Of a stretch of DNA of 64,000 nucleotides, positions 9,761 through 19,551 are shown piece after piece. The position numbers and the translations under genes were made by a program. Numbering within the stretch: the stretch's first letter is position 1; every line of letters begins with the position of its first letter. The notes beneath the pieces were generated by a model. The model saw only the letters and a program-made list of their open reading frames with translations. It was not told where the DNA came from and did not search any database. Source of the DNA: Clostridiales bacterium (GTDB taxonomy: Bacteria > Bacillota > Clostridia > Christensenellales > Aristaeellaceae); contig JAAYOH010000037.1 of NCBI GenBank assembly GCA_012520375.1, positions 52,413 through 116,412 of the forward strand, read 5' to 3'.

Positions 9761-10215
9761 GATTTATTGCGGGCGGCGCGCCGGGCGGCCCCCGCCTCCC
9801 ATTCCGCCTGTTCTTCGGGGGTCTCCAGGATCAGCCCCGGCACCGGGACCGGCTTTTCCGCCTCGTCCAGGGCCACCATGACCAGGTAGGCTGTGTTGAT
9901 CAGCCGGCGTTCCCCGGACAGGCTTTCCAAATAGGTCTTGACGCATACCTCCATGGAGGTGGTGCCCACGTGGGTGATGTACCCTTTGAGTACCAGGGCG
10001 TCGTTGGCATAGGCGGCACCGTCAAAGACCAGCCGGTCGACGCAGGCGGTGGTGACGTTGCAGCCCGAATGGCGCCGGGCCACCACGGCCCCCACGACGT
10101 CGATCCACTGCATCAATTGCCCGCCGAAGAGGCGGCCGTAGCCGTTCAGGGCCGCCTGGGTGAGCACCTGGACCTGTTCCGCCCGGGAGTCGGACACCCG
10201 CTTGCATCCCCTCAT
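9757..10215 (-). CDS. acyl-CoA thioesterase (hotdog fold, YciA-like)
   Basis: Last 152 codons of the artefactual 417-aa ORF 9757-11010. The ATG at 10215 overlaps the rpe stop (ATGA). Pattern: NGYGRLFGGQLMQWID...SMEV. Confidence 0.7.
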   Translation of the reverse strand: MRGCKRVSDSRAEQVQVLTQAALNGYGRLFGGQLMQWIDVVGAVVARRHSGCNVTTACVDRLVFDGAAYANDALVLKGYITHVGTTSMEVCVKTYLESLSGERRLINTAYLVMVALDEAEKPVPVPGLILETPEEQAEWEAGAARRAARNKS

Positions 10216-10877
10216 CGGATGGCCTTCCGAAGCTTTTCGGTGTTGTCTGCCAGGCTTCCTCCCTTGTGAAAGATGCTGCTGGTGCCCGCCACGAAGATAT
10301 CGGCCCCCTTCTCCCGCATCTTCAGGGCGTTTTCGAAGCTCACGTTGCCGTCTACCTCGATCTCGACGCGTGCGAAGCCCCGGGCGTCCAGGAAGGCTCG
10401 GGTCTCGGCGATCTTGTCCAGGGTGCGGGGGATCAACTTCTGCCCCGCGTAGCCCGGGTTCACCGTCATGAGCAGCACCCCGTCCAGGTCGTCCAGGCAA
10501 TTTTCCAGCACCCCCACGGGGGTGGCGGGATTCAGGGCCAGCATGGCCTTCCCGCCCCGGGCGCGGACGGCTTGCAGGGCGCGGATGGGGTGGGGCGTGG
10601 CCTCGTAGTGTACGGAGACATAGTCCCCTTCTCCAAAGGGGAACCAGTCCAGCTTGCGCTCGGGCTGGGTGATCATCAGATGGATGTCCAGGGGGATCCG
10701 GGAGTGTTCCTTCAGCGCCCGGCAGAAGTCGGGGCCCAGGGTGTAATTGGGCACAAAACAGCCGTCCATGATGTCCACGTGCAGGTACTCGATGCCCAGG
10801 GCTGCGAAGTCCTTCAGGGCCTCGGCCAGCCGCATGAAGTCCACACACATGACGGAGGGTGCGATTTTTCCACGCAT
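10212..10877 (-). CDS. rpe: ribulose-phosphate 3-epimerase family protein
   Basis: 221 aa with PSVMCVDF...HVDIMDG.FVPN...DIHLM...MTVNPG motifs. RBS GGAAAGGA. Confidence 0.85.
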   Translation of the reverse strand: MRGKIAPSVMCVDFMRLAEALKDFAALGIEYLHVDIMDGCFVPNYTLGPDFCRALKEHSRIPLDIHLMITQPERKLDWFPFGEGDYVSVHYEATPHPIRALQAVRARGGKAMLALNPATPVGVLENCLDDLDGVLLMTVNPGYAGQKLIPRTLDKIAETRAFLDARGFARVEIEVDGNVSFENALKMREKGADIFVAGTSSIFHKGGSLADNTEKLRKAIR

Positions 10878-10954
10878 ACGATTCGTCCTTTCCTATAGCT
10901 TGGGGCTTTAAAGTCCTGGGGCAGTATACCATAGATCGAGACCGGGATACAAGG

Positions 10955-13066
10955 TCAGCCGCGTTTTTTGCCCCGGCGCCGGGGCACAGGTTTTTCCGGT
11001 GCGGGCGCAATGGGCGTCTCCCCCTTCAAGGCCAGCATCTGGTCCCGGAACCTGGCGGCCCGTTCGAAGTCCAGGTCGGCGGCGGCCTGGAGCATCTGTT
11101 CTTCCAGGCGCCCGATGGCCATCTGCCGCTCCTCTTCCGGGAGCTGGGGGGCCGTCTCTTCCACGCTCCGGGTGATTTCCATCAGTTCCCGCACCGCGCT
11201 GCGCACGGTCTCGGGCTTGATGCCATGGGCTTTGTTGTAGCGCATCTGCAGGGTGCGCCGGCGCTCCGTCTCGGAGATGGCTCGCTCCATGGAGCCCGTT
11301 ACCTCGTCCGCATACATGATGACCCGGCCGTCCACGTTGCGGGCTGCCCGGCCGATGGTCTGGACCAGGCTGGTCTCGCTGCGCAGGAAACCCTCCTTGT
11401 CCGCGTCCAGGACGGCCACCAGGGCCACCTCGGGCAGGTCCAGACCTTCCCGCAGCAGGTTGATGCCCACCAGCACGTCGAATTCTCCCAGCCGCAGGGA
11501 CCGGATGAGGCGGGTGCGCTGCAGGGTCTCCACCTCGGAGTGCAGGTACTCTACCCGGACGTCCATCTCCCGCAGGTATCCGGTCAGGCTCTCCGCCATG
11601 CGCTTGGTGAGGGTGGTCACCAGCACCCGTTGCCCCAGGGCCACCACTTTGCGGATCTCCCCCAGCAGGTCGTCCACCTGGCCGGTAGCCGGGCGCACGA
11701 CCACCGCCGGGTCGATGAGCCCCGTGGGCCGGATCAACTGCTCCACCACCTGCTGGGCCTTGGCGGTCTCGTAGGGGCCTGGGGTGGCGGACACGTAGAT
11801 CACGGGGCCTACCCTGGCTTCGAATTCCTGGAAGGTAAGGGGGCGGTTGTCGAAGGCGGAGGGCAGCCGGAAGCCGTACTCCACCAGGGACTGCTTGCGG
11901 GCCCGGTCCCCGTTGTACATGGCCCGGATCTGGGGGATGGTCATGTGGGCCTCGTCGATGAACAACAAAAAATCCTCCGGGAAATAGTCCAGCAGGGTGA
12001 AGGGAGGTTCTCCGGGCTGCCGCCCGTCGAAGTAGCGGGAATAGTTTTCGATGCCGTTGCAGTAGCCGATCTCCCGCATCATTTCCAGATCGTAGCGGGT
12101 GCGCTGCTCGAGGCGCTGGGCCTCCAGCAGCTTGCCCTCTTTCTTCAGGTATTCCACGTTGTCCGACAGGTCTGCCTCGATCTGCTCTATCGCCCGCAGC
12201 AATTTTTCGCGGCTGGTTGCGTAGTGGGAGGCGGGGTAGATCATGACGTGGCTCAGGTGTCGAAGGGGCGTCCCCGTGAGGGTGTCGATCTCCGAGATGC
12301 GCTCGACCTCGTCTCCGAACAGCTCCACCCGCAGCGCCTTTTCCTGGTAGCCAGCGGGGATGATCTCGATCACGTCCCCCCGGACCCGGAAGGTGCCCCG
12401 TTCAAACTCGAAATCGTTGCGGGCGTACTGGATGTCGATGAGGGCGGTGAGCAACTGCTCCCGGTCCATGAGCTGCCCTTCCCGCAGGGAAATGGACAGC
12501 CCGGAGTACTCCTCCGGGTCGCCCATGCCGTAGATGCAGCTTACCGATGCCACGATAACCACGTCCCGCCGTTCCGCCAGCCAGGCTGTGGCGCTGTGGC
12601 GCATCCGGTCGATCTCGTCGTTGATGGAGGCGTCCTTCTCGATGAAGGTGTCCGAGGAGGCGATGTAGGCCTCGGGCTGGTAGTAGTCGTAATAGGATAC
12701 GAAATAGCCTACCGCGCTGTCCGGGAAAAACTCCCGGAATTCCGCCGCCAGCTGGGCGGCCAGGGTCTTGTTGTGGGCGATGACCAGGGCGGGGCGCTGC
12801 AGCTCCCGGATGACGTTGGCCATGGTAAAGGTCTTTCCCGAACCCGTGACCCCCAGCAACACCTGGTGCTGCAAGCCCTCCTTTACCCCCCGGGACAGGG
12901 CCGCTATGGCTTGGGGCTGGTCGCCCCGGGGACTGAACTGGGATTGGATATGGAACAGATGTTTCACCCCCGAAAGATTCGTGATTTCGTCATGGATCGG
13001 CTGCTGTATGGACAAGCTCTTTTTTAGGGAAACGGAAGAGCGGAAGATGCCCGGCTTTCCTTTCAC
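10955..13066 (-). CDS. uvrB: excinuclease ABC subunit B
   Basis: Full-length collinear match by eye to UvrB ([27 protein letters not shown]-terminal UVR motif). The start codon is uncertain: the GTG at 13066 has a poor RBS. Confidence 0.95.
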   Translation of the reverse strand: MKGKPGIFRSSVSLKKSLSIQQPIHDEITNLSGVKHLFHIQSQFSPRGDQPQAIAALSRGVKEGLQHQVLLGVTGSGKTFTMANVIRELQRPALVIAHNKTLAAQLAAEFREFFPDSAVGYFVSYYDYYQPEAYIASSDTFIEKDASINDEIDRMRHSATAWLAERRDVVIVASVSCIYGMGDPEEYSGLSISLREGQLMDREQLLTALIDIQYARNDFEFERGTFRVRGDVIEIIPAGYQEKALRVELFGDEVERISEIDTLTGTPLRHLSHVMIYPASHYATSREKLLRAIEQIEADLSDNVEYLKKEGKLLEAQRLEQRTRYDLEMMREIGYCNGIENYSRYFDGRQPGEPPFTLLDYFPEDFLLFIDEAHMTIPQIRAMYNGDRARKQSLVEYGFRLPSAFDNRPLTFQEFEARVGPVIYVSATPGPYETAKAQQVVEQLIRPTGLIDPAVVVRPATGQVDDLLGEIRKVVALGQRVLVTTLTKRMAESLTGYLREMDVRVEYLHSEVETLQRTRLIRSLRLGEFDVLVGINLLREGLDLPEVALVAVLDADKEGFLRSETSLVQTIGRAARNVDGRVIMYADEVTGSMERAISETERRRTLQMRYNKAHGIKPETVRSAVRELMEITRSVEETAPQLPEEERQMAIGRLEEQMLQAAADLDFERAARFRDQMLALKGETPIAPAPEKPVPRRRGKKRG

Positions 13067-13084
13067 CCGCGCCGCCGTTCCAAA

Positions 13085-13963
13085 CTACGTCCTTCGAAAG
13101 ACCAAGCGGTTATTTTCCAGATACCCTTCCGCCTTGCCTTCGTCCCACAGCCAGGCCAGGCAGGAGCGAAGGGTACTGCCAACCAGGGCGTGCTGCTCGT
13201 AGGTCATGGCGAGACCGTACAGGGAAAACACCTCTGCCAGCAGTTCCTCAAAGCCCCGGGGTACCTCCAACAGCCCCAGGATGTCCCGGAGGATCTCCTG
13301 AAGGCTGTCCCGGTTGGCCCGGACCATGTCCCGGATATCTTCGCAAACCGGGGCGTGGGAGGGCACAAAGAGGGCGGCCTCCATCTTTTCCAGGGCGTCC
13401 AGGGTTTTGAAGTGGGCGCCCGGGTCGTACAGGTAGCACAGCCTGTACTTTTGCAGGGTGGCCTGGGAGCACAGGCTGTCCGCGATGTACAGCACATCGT
13501 CCGGGGTGCGGATGCCGATCATGTTCAAGCTGTGTCCGGGCAGGTGGATCGGCGTGAGTGCCTCGGGAAAATCGGGATCCGAGATATCCAGCGCCCGGCT
13601 CTCGGCGGCCATCAGGAATTTGTGCCGCAGTTCCCCCGGGGGATATCCCCCGTACAGCAGGGTGGGCTCCAGGATGGGCTGCCGGGTGACCGCCGCCTCC
13701 GCCCCTGCCGCGAACACCCGGCAGCCGGTGCTCTGCTGTAGGCGTTGGTTGCCCCCGATGTGGTCTGCATGGCTGTGGGTGTTGACGATACAGGCCAGGG
13801 ACCAGCCTTTTTCTTTCAAAATTTTCTCTACTTTCTTGGCGGCGTCCTTCCCGGTGCCGCTGTCGATAAGGCAGACCCGGCTTTTGTCCAACTGGTAAAG
13901 CCCCATGCGGGCGGGACAATCGACGTACCAACTCCGGCCCCGGGCGTTGATCAGTTCATACAT
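13085..13963 (-). CDS. MBL-fold metallo-hydrolase
   Basis: Contains the HSHADHIGG motif. The start is taken at the second ATG after GGGGGA (13963); the ORF track begins at 14011. Confidence 0.7.
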   Translation of the reverse strand: MYELINARGRSWYVDCPARMGLYQLDKSRVCLIDSGTGKDAAKKVEKILKEKGWSLACIVNTHSHADHIGGNQRLQQSTGCRVFAAGAEAAVTRQPILEPTLLYGGYPPGELRHKFLMAAESRALDISDPDFPEALTPIHLPGHSLNMIGIRTPDDVLYIADSLCSQATLQKYRLCYLYDPGAHFKTLDALEKMEAALFVPSHAPVCEDIRDMVRANRDSLQEILRDILGLLEVPRGFEELLAEVFSLYGLAMTYEQHALVGSTLRSCLAWLWDEGKAEGYLENNRLVFRRT

Positions 13964-14130
13964 AAGCATTCCCCCTGCACCCATTATACAAAACGGGACA
14001 GGGAGATACAAGGGAGAAAGGGAAAAGTGCGGGAGACGGACGCTTTTTCTATTTGTACCGGGAATTCGTTGCGAAATTAACGGTTATGTTTTATAATATC
14101 CTACGAACGAGCCTGGGAAAGGAGCACAAC

Positions 14131-17118
14131 GTGGCCGACAAAGTGAGGATCCGAAGAGTCGTCAGGTCCAGGGGCTGGGCGCACCCCGGTTTTCGCCTGC
14201 CCGTCTGGCTGCTGGCAGCTGCCCTCGTGTTGCTGGGCTTATGCCTGGCACTGGCGGCGCTCCCCTTCATGGAGAAAAGGGAAGAGCCGGCTGCCGTACC
14301 GGCCTCCGGAAAAGCCGGGGACCTGGTGATCCGGGAAGTCATGAGTTCCAACCGTTTTGCCGTCCCCGATGACAACGGCGCTTTTCCCGATTGGGTAGAG
14401 CTGGTGAATTGTTCCGGGGGCAGCCTGGACGTCACGGGCTGGACCCTGCGGGACGGGGAGGATCGGATCGTGCCCTTTACTTTCCCCAAAGAGGTGCTGG
14501 CCGAGGGGGAATGTCTGCTCATTTACTGCTCCGGCGTCATGAAAAACGTGTCGGGGCATGCATACCACGCCCCCTTCCGGCTGAGAGCCCAGGGGGAGAC
14601 CCTGATCCTTGCCGACGCCGCAGGCGGCGAGGTGGACCGGCTGGAATTCCCTGCCCTGCCCAGCAACCAGGTGTACGCCATGGACGCCGCCGGGAAATGG
14701 CAGATTTCCGGGGAATACACCCCGGGCCTGGAGAACACTTCCCAGGCCCATGCCCAGTGGAAGCGCAGCCGGGGAGTTCCGGCGGTACAACTGGTCATCA
14801 GCGAGGTCATGAGTGCGAACCGCAGCTATGCCGACGAAAGGGGCGGCTGCGGGGATTATGTGGAGCTATACAACCGGGGCGAGAGCGCCCTGGACCTGTC
14901 CGGATACGCCCTCTCCGACGACGAGGGCCGGCCCGGGAAATGGCGTTTCCCCGAGGGCGCCCGGATCGGCGCCGGGGAGACTTTGCTGCTGCGGAGGGAC
15001 CAGTTGTCCTTTGGCATATCCTCGGGCGGAGAGACCCTGTTGCTGTCGGACAACTCATTGCGTCCCCTGGATCAGATGGTCGTCCCGCCCCTGGCGGCGG
15101 ATCGATCCTGTTCCCGGATCGGAGAGCGCACCACCACGGCTTATCCCCCCACTCCGGGCTATACCAACGATCAGGCGGGGCTTGATCAGGTGGAAGCGGC
15201 GCTGCGGATGAAAAACCCCGGCGGGCTCATCTTACATGAGGCGGTTTCCTCCCCCCGGGCCCCGAACGCCAACAAATCCAGCGACGACTGGGTGGAACTA
15301 TACAACGGAGGCGGACAGTCCGTGGACCTCTCAGGCTATGGCCTGTCGGACGACCCGGGCCGGCCCCGGAAATGGCGCTTCCCCCAGGGGGCGTCCATCG
15401 CCCCCGGCCAGCACCTGGTGGTGCTGCTAAACGGGGCGGACAAGCACGACGTGCCCACCGGGCGCTATGCCGCCAGCTTCCGCCTGAACCACGTCCATGG
15501 GGAGACCCTGATCCTCTCAGCTTCCGACGGGACCCTGATCGATCGGCTGCCCATGCTGGACCAGGCTGCCGCCGTGTCCTTTGGCCGGGTGGACGGCAGC
15601 GGATACTACTACCTGGAAACCATGACTCCGGGCGCAACCAACATCGGAGAGGGAAGGCGGGGCAAACTGGATCCGGTCACCTTCTCCCGAAGCGGCGGCC
15701 CGGTAGACCAAGCCTTCACCCTGAGCCTGACGGCTCCGGAGGAGGTTGCCATCCACTATACCCTGGACGCCAGCGAGCCCAGCCTAAAGTCTCCGGTGTA
15801 CAGCGGCCCCCTGGCCATCGACAAGACCACCGTGGTGCGGGCCAAGGCCTTCCGGGACGGCTATGTTCCCTCCCTCACTGCCTCCGCCTGCTACCTCTTC
15901 GGCCTGTCCCACACCATGCCCGTGGTGTCCATCATCACGGATCCCGGCTATTTGCACGACAAGGCCATCGGCATTTACAGCATGGGGGAAAAGGAGCTCA
16001 AGTACCCCTACAAGGGCGCCAACTTCTTCAAAGACTGGGAGCGGGCCGCCTATGTGGAATACTTCGGCCTGGACGGCACGGCGATCCTGAGCCAGGGTGC
16101 GGGCCTGTCCCTGCAGGGGCAGTACAGCCGTATGCGCAACCAGAAGGCCTTCAAAGTCACTGCCCGAAATGCCTACGGGAAGAAATCCTTCGACGCTTCC
16201 CTCTTTCCCAACCGGGAATATACGAGCTATCGCTCCTTCATCCTGCGCCCCTCGGGGCAGGATGCCAAGTATACCCGGATGCGGGACGCGGTGCTCACCT
16301 CCCTGGCGGAGGACACCGGGGTGATGTTCCAGGATGGTTTTCCCGTGATTGTGTACGTAAACGGGGAATACTTCGGCCATTACAACATGCGGGAGCGGAT
16401 CCACAAACATTCCATCGCCCAGCGTGAGGGCTGGAAGGATCCCGACGCCATCGACTTGGTGAAGGGCAACAGCACGGTGAAGCAAGGCACCAACAAGGAC
16501 TACGCCCAGTTCCTGAGCTGGCTGAAAAAGAACGGCTGCACCACCCCGGAAAACCTGGCCCGGGTAGAGGAAATGGTGGACATCGAAAACTACCTTGAAT
16601 ACGTGGCCCTTGAGATGTACATCGGCAATACCGACCTTTTGAATGTGAAGCGCTACCGCAATCGCAGCGAGGGGGACGGCCGGTGGAAGTGGATCCTCTT
16701 TGACACCGACTGGGCCTTTTACACCGACACCGACTCCTTCCGGCGCTGGCTGGATCCCGCAGGAGCGGGTTCCGGAAAGAAAACCGACAACACCCTCTTC
16801 GTCCAACTTATGAAGAACAAAGAGATCAGGGAACGCTTCTTCACCATCCTGGGACACCATATGTATTCCAGCTGGCGCAGCGAACTGGTGCTGGCAAAGA
16901 TCGACGCCTGGTACGACGCCCTGCTGCCGGAGATGCCCGCCCAGTTCGAGCGCTGGGGCGGCAACATGAAGCGCTGGAACACCCGGGTCAAGGAGCTGCG
17001 CAGGTACGCTTCGGAACGGCCCCAAAAGATGCTGGGCTACATCAGGCGGGGAACGGGCTGGAGCAGAGACGAGATGCGGGTGTACTTCGGGGACATCATG
17101 GACGAACTGGGCATGTAG
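14131..17118 (+). CDS. membrane-anchored protein with three lamin-tail-domain (LTD) repeats and a C-terminal CotH kinase-like domain
   Basis: Part of ORF 14053-17118; the GTG at 14131 sits 6 nt after AAAGGAG. It has an N-terminal TM helix and three repeats of the pattern VI.EVMS.N...DWVEL.N....DL.G(W/Y).L.D. These are followed by a chitobiase/Fn3-like segment and a CotH-like region (YVNGEY.G.Y...E...K). Confidence 0.75.
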   Translation: MADKVRIRRVVRSRGWAHPGFRLPVWLLAAALVLLGLCLALAALPFMEKREEPAAVPASGKAGDLVIREVMSSNRFAVPDDNGAFPDWVELVNCSGGSLDVTGWTLRDGEDRIVPFTFPKEVLAEGECLLIYCSGVMKNVSGHAYHAPFRLRAQGETLILADAAGGEVDRLEFPALPSNQVYAMDAAGKWQISGEYTPGLENTSQAHAQWKRSRGVPAVQLVISEVMSANRSYADERGGCGDYVELYNRGESALDLSGYALSDDEGRPGKWRFPEGARIGAGETLLLRRDQLSFGISSGGETLLLSDNSLRPLDQMVVPPLAADRSCSRIGERTTTAYPPTPGYTNDQAGLDQVEAALRMKNPGGLILHEAVSSPRAPNANKSSDDWVELYNGGGQSVDLSGYGLSDDPGRPRKWRFPQGASIAPGQHLVVLLNGADKHDVPTGRYAASFRLNHVHGETLILSASDGTLIDRLPMLDQAAAVSFGRVDGSGYYYLETMTPGATNIGEGRRGKLDPVTFSRSGGPVDQAFTLSLTAPEEVAIHYTLDASEPSLKSPVYSGPLAIDKTTVVRAKAFRDGYVPSLTASACYLFGLSHTMPVVSIITDPGYLHDKAIGIYSMGEKELKYPYKGANFFKDWERAAYVEYFGLDGTAILSQGAGLSLQGQYSRMRNQKAFKVTARNAYGKKSFDASLFPNREYTSYRSFILRPSGQDAKYTRMRDAVLTSLAEDTGVMFQDGFPVIVYVNGEYFGHYNMRERIHKHSIAQREGWKDPDAIDLVKGNSTVKQGTNKDYAQFLSWLKKNGCTTPENLARVEEMVDIENYLEYVALEMYIGNTDLLNVKRYRNRSEGDGRWKWILFDTDWAFYTDTDSFRRWLDPAGAGSGKKTDNTLFVQLMKNKEIRERFFTILGHHMYSSWRSELVLAKIDAWYDALLPEMPAQFERWGGNMKRWNTRVKELRRYASERPQKMLGYIRRGTGWSRDEMRVYFGDIMDELGM

Positions 17119-17132
17119 GGGGGAAAACCGGA

Positions 17133-17819
17133 ATGGACACGACGCAGCCGCGCCACGAACTGAAATACTTTATCCCGGTGGCGGAGGCGCCCCGCCTGCG
17201 GAACAAGCTGGAAAAGGTACTGCACCGGGACGTGCACGGGGACGCATACGACGCCTACCACATCCGTTCCCTGTACTTTGACGATGCTATGAGCAGCGCC
17301 TCTTTTGACAAGTACAGCGGCGTGAAAGATCGGGCAAAATACCGGATCCGCATGTACGGGCTGAACGACCGGGCCCTGTACCTGGAGCGCAAGCGCAAAA
17401 TCGGAGACCTGATCGCCAAAGACGGACAGCGCATCACCCGCAGGCTGGCGGAGCAGCTGATGGCGGGGGACCCTACCGGGCTGGAAAAACTGCCGGATCC
17501 CCTGTTCCATGACATGTTCGTTCAGATGCGCCTGAATCTGCTGCGCCCGGTGGTCATCGTGGATTACCATCGGCAGGCCTACACCCACCCCGCGGAGCAC
17601 GTGCGCATCACCTTCGACCGGGACGTACGTTCCGGAGGCAGCCGCCTGGACCTCTTCGACGGCGCCCTGCCCACCATCCCGGTGCTGGAAGCGGGCAGTA
17701 TGATCCTGGAGGTCAAGTACGACCGCTTCCTCCCGGATTTCATCCCGCCCCTGCTTAGCAGCATCCCCGCGGACCGCAGCGCCATATCCAAGTACACCAT
17801 GTGCAGGTGCTATGCCTGA
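17133..17819 (+). CDS. VTC domain protein (polyphosphate polymerase-like triphosphate tunnel fold)
   Basis: 228 aa with RHELKYFI near the N-terminus and MILEVKYD near the C-terminus, typical of bacterial VTC-domain proteins. Starts 14 nt after the CotH gene. Confidence 0.75.
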   Translation: MDTTQPRHELKYFIPVAEAPRLRNKLEKVLHRDVHGDAYDAYHIRSLYFDDAMSSASFDKYSGVKDRAKYRIRMYGLNDRALYLERKRKIGDLIAKDGQRITRRLAEQLMAGDPTGLEKLPDPLFHDMFVQMRLNLLRPVVIVDYHRQAYTHPAEHVRITFDRDVRSGGSRLDLFDGALPTIPVLEAGSMILEVKYDRFLPDFIPPLLSSIPADRSAISKYTMCRCYA

Positions 17820-17845
17820 ACCAAAAAGAGAATGGAGATATCGCC

Positions 17846-18496
17846 ATGAACAAGATTGCCCTGTCCAACATGTCCATCACCCCCGCTGCCATCCCCCAGA
17901 TCCTGATCAGCATGGTGCTGGCCTTTGCCATCGGGTTGTTCATTTTTTTCGTGTACCGGGCCACCTTTAAGGGGGTCCTGTTCTCCAACAACTTCGGCCT
18001 GACCCTGGTGCTGATGACCTTGATCACCACCCCGGTGGTCATGTGCATCCGGGAGTCCATACAACTGTCCATGGGCATGGTAGGCGCCCTGTCCATCGTG
18101 CGATTTCGCACGGCAGTGAAGAACCCCCTGGATACCGCCTACATGTTCTGGGCCCTGACCATGGGCATCCTGCTGGGGGCGGGGCAGTTCCTGCTGGCGG
18201 GCATCGTGGTGGTGGGCATCGCCCTGTTGATCTTCCTGCTGGGCAAAATCACCGCAAAGGGGGCGGATTGTTTCCTGCTGGTGATCCGCTGCAGGCCCGG
18301 GGCGGATGCCGCGGCGCTTCAGGCCCTGAGGGGTGTAAAGGACCAGAAAATGAAGAGCAAGACCGCCTCTCGCAACGGGGTGGAAATGACCATCGAGCTG
18401 CGGGTGGACAAGCAGGACGCCCTGCTCAACCGGGTGCTGGCGGTGGAGGGTGTGGAGGACGCTACCCTGGTGGCATACCAGTCCGAGACCGTATAA
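17846..18496 (+). CDS. DUF4956 family integral membrane protein
   Basis: Preferred start is ATG 17846 (MNKIALSN...). It has four to five TM helices plus a soluble C-terminal tail; the pattern SIVRFRT.VK.P.D resembles DUF4956. Confidence 0.65.
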   Translation: MNKIALSNMSITPAAIPQILISMVLAFAIGLFIFFVYRATFKGVLFSNNFGLTLVLMTLITTPVVMCIRESIQLSMGMVGALSIVRFRTAVKNPLDTAYMFWALTMGILLGAGQFLLAGIVVVGIALLIFLLGKITAKGADCFLLVIRCRPGADAAALQALRGVKDQKMKSKTASRNGVEMTIELRVDKQDALLNRVLAVEGVEDATLVAYQSETV

Positions 18497-18499
18497 GCC

Positions 18500-19534
18500 A
18501 TGAAAAGGCGCATTGGACGGTTCCCGCTGTGGCTGATCCCCTGCTGCGTCCTGATGCTGGCATTGGGGTATCTGGCCCAGTGCCACTGGCTGCCCGGGGG
18601 CTGGAAACTGACAAAGAGCAGCGCTGCCAACACCGCGGTGCAGATCGCGCCGGTGAGCAAGGTGGTGATCAGCGAGCTCATGTCCTCCAACAAAACCGCC
18701 TGGCCCGGGGAGCCCGGGCTGTACAGCGACTGGGTGGAACTGCACAATACGGGAGACAGGCCCGTGGACATCACGGGCTGGACCCTGACGGACAACCCGG
18801 ACAGCAGGATCAAATTCGCCTTCCCGGAGCAAGTGCTGGAGCCCGACGCCTACCTGATCGTCTACCCCACCGGGACTTTGCGGGCTGAGCCGGGGCATCC
18901 CTACGAGGCGCCCTTCCGCCTGAGTTCCGCAGGAGACGCCCTGATGCTATACGATGGGGAGGGCAACATCATGCAGAGCATGAACGTGCCCGCTCTGGCT
19001 GCGGACACGGCCTACGCCCTGGAAGGGGCCAGCGAAAGCTATCGGGCCACGGGCATCTTTACCCCCGGCATGGCCAATACCCGTTCAAACCACGCCCTGC
19101 TGACACAGGTGATCGCGGACAGCCCCCTGGTGATCGAAAAGGTCATGGCGGTGAACCGGAGCACGATCCGGGACGGGGACGGGGATTGGCCCGACTGGGT
19201 GGAGATCCGAAACGGCGGGAGAGAGACGGTGGATCTGACGGGCTATGGCCTGTCCGATGATCCCCAAAAGCCCCTGAAGTGGCGCTTCCCTGCGTGTTCC
19301 ATCGGGCCCGGCGAGGGCATTACGGTATTCCTGTCGGGGAAGACCGGAAAAACGGGGGAACTGCACGCTTCCTTTAAACTCGCTGCAGAGGGAGAGCCCA
19401 TTTGCCTGTCCGCGCCCTCCGGCAACCTGATCCAGCGCCTGGACATCGATATCCTGGGCCCGGACCAGGCCCTTGTCCGGGACGCGTCGGGGGCTTATAC
19501 CGTACAAAACGCGAAGCCCGGCAGGGCAAATTAG
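18500..19534 (+). CDS. membrane-anchored protein with two lamin-tail-domain repeats
   Basis: 344 aa with an N-terminal TM helix and two LTD-like repeats (VISELMSSN...DWVELHN...VDITGWTLTD; VIEKVMAVN...DWVEIRN...VDLTGYGLSD). Confidence 0.65.
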   Translation: MKRRIGRFPLWLIPCCVLMLALGYLAQCHWLPGGWKLTKSSAANTAVQIAPVSKVVISELMSSNKTAWPGEPGLYSDWVELHNTGDRPVDITGWTLTDNPDSRIKFAFPEQVLEPDAYLIVYPTGTLRAEPGHPYEAPFRLSSAGDALMLYDGEGNIMQSMNVPALAADTAYALEGASESYRATGIFTPGMANTRSNHALLTQVIADSPLVIEKVMAVNRSTIRDGDGDWPDWVEIRNGGRETVDLTGYGLSDDPQKPLKWRFPACSIGPGEGITVFLSGKTGKTGELHASFKLAAEGEPICLSAPSGNLIQRLDIDILGPDQALVRDASGAYTVQNAKPGRAN

Positions 19535-19551
19535 GGAAAGGCGGGAACCAT

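Noticed and set aside
9757-11010. 417-aa minus-strand ORF spanning the thioesterase and rpe regions.
   Set aside because: Only the last 152 codons look like a real protein (a hotdog thioesterase). The upstream part is an out-of-frame overlap of rpe with an Arg/Pro/Gly-rich translation. An ATG at 10215 coupled to the rpe stop gives a sensible gene.
19402-19551. N-terminal 50-codon extension of rmuC, and similar extensions in the ORF track (20769-21461 for DUF896, 21732-21782, 43479-43679, 46766-46960, 52242-52454, 54661-54774, 57880-57978, 62563-62721).
   Set aside because: The extensions overlap upstream genes, tRNA or leader RNA and are Pro/Gly/Arg-rich. Internal ATGs with proper ribosome-binding sites give N-termini matching the family norms.
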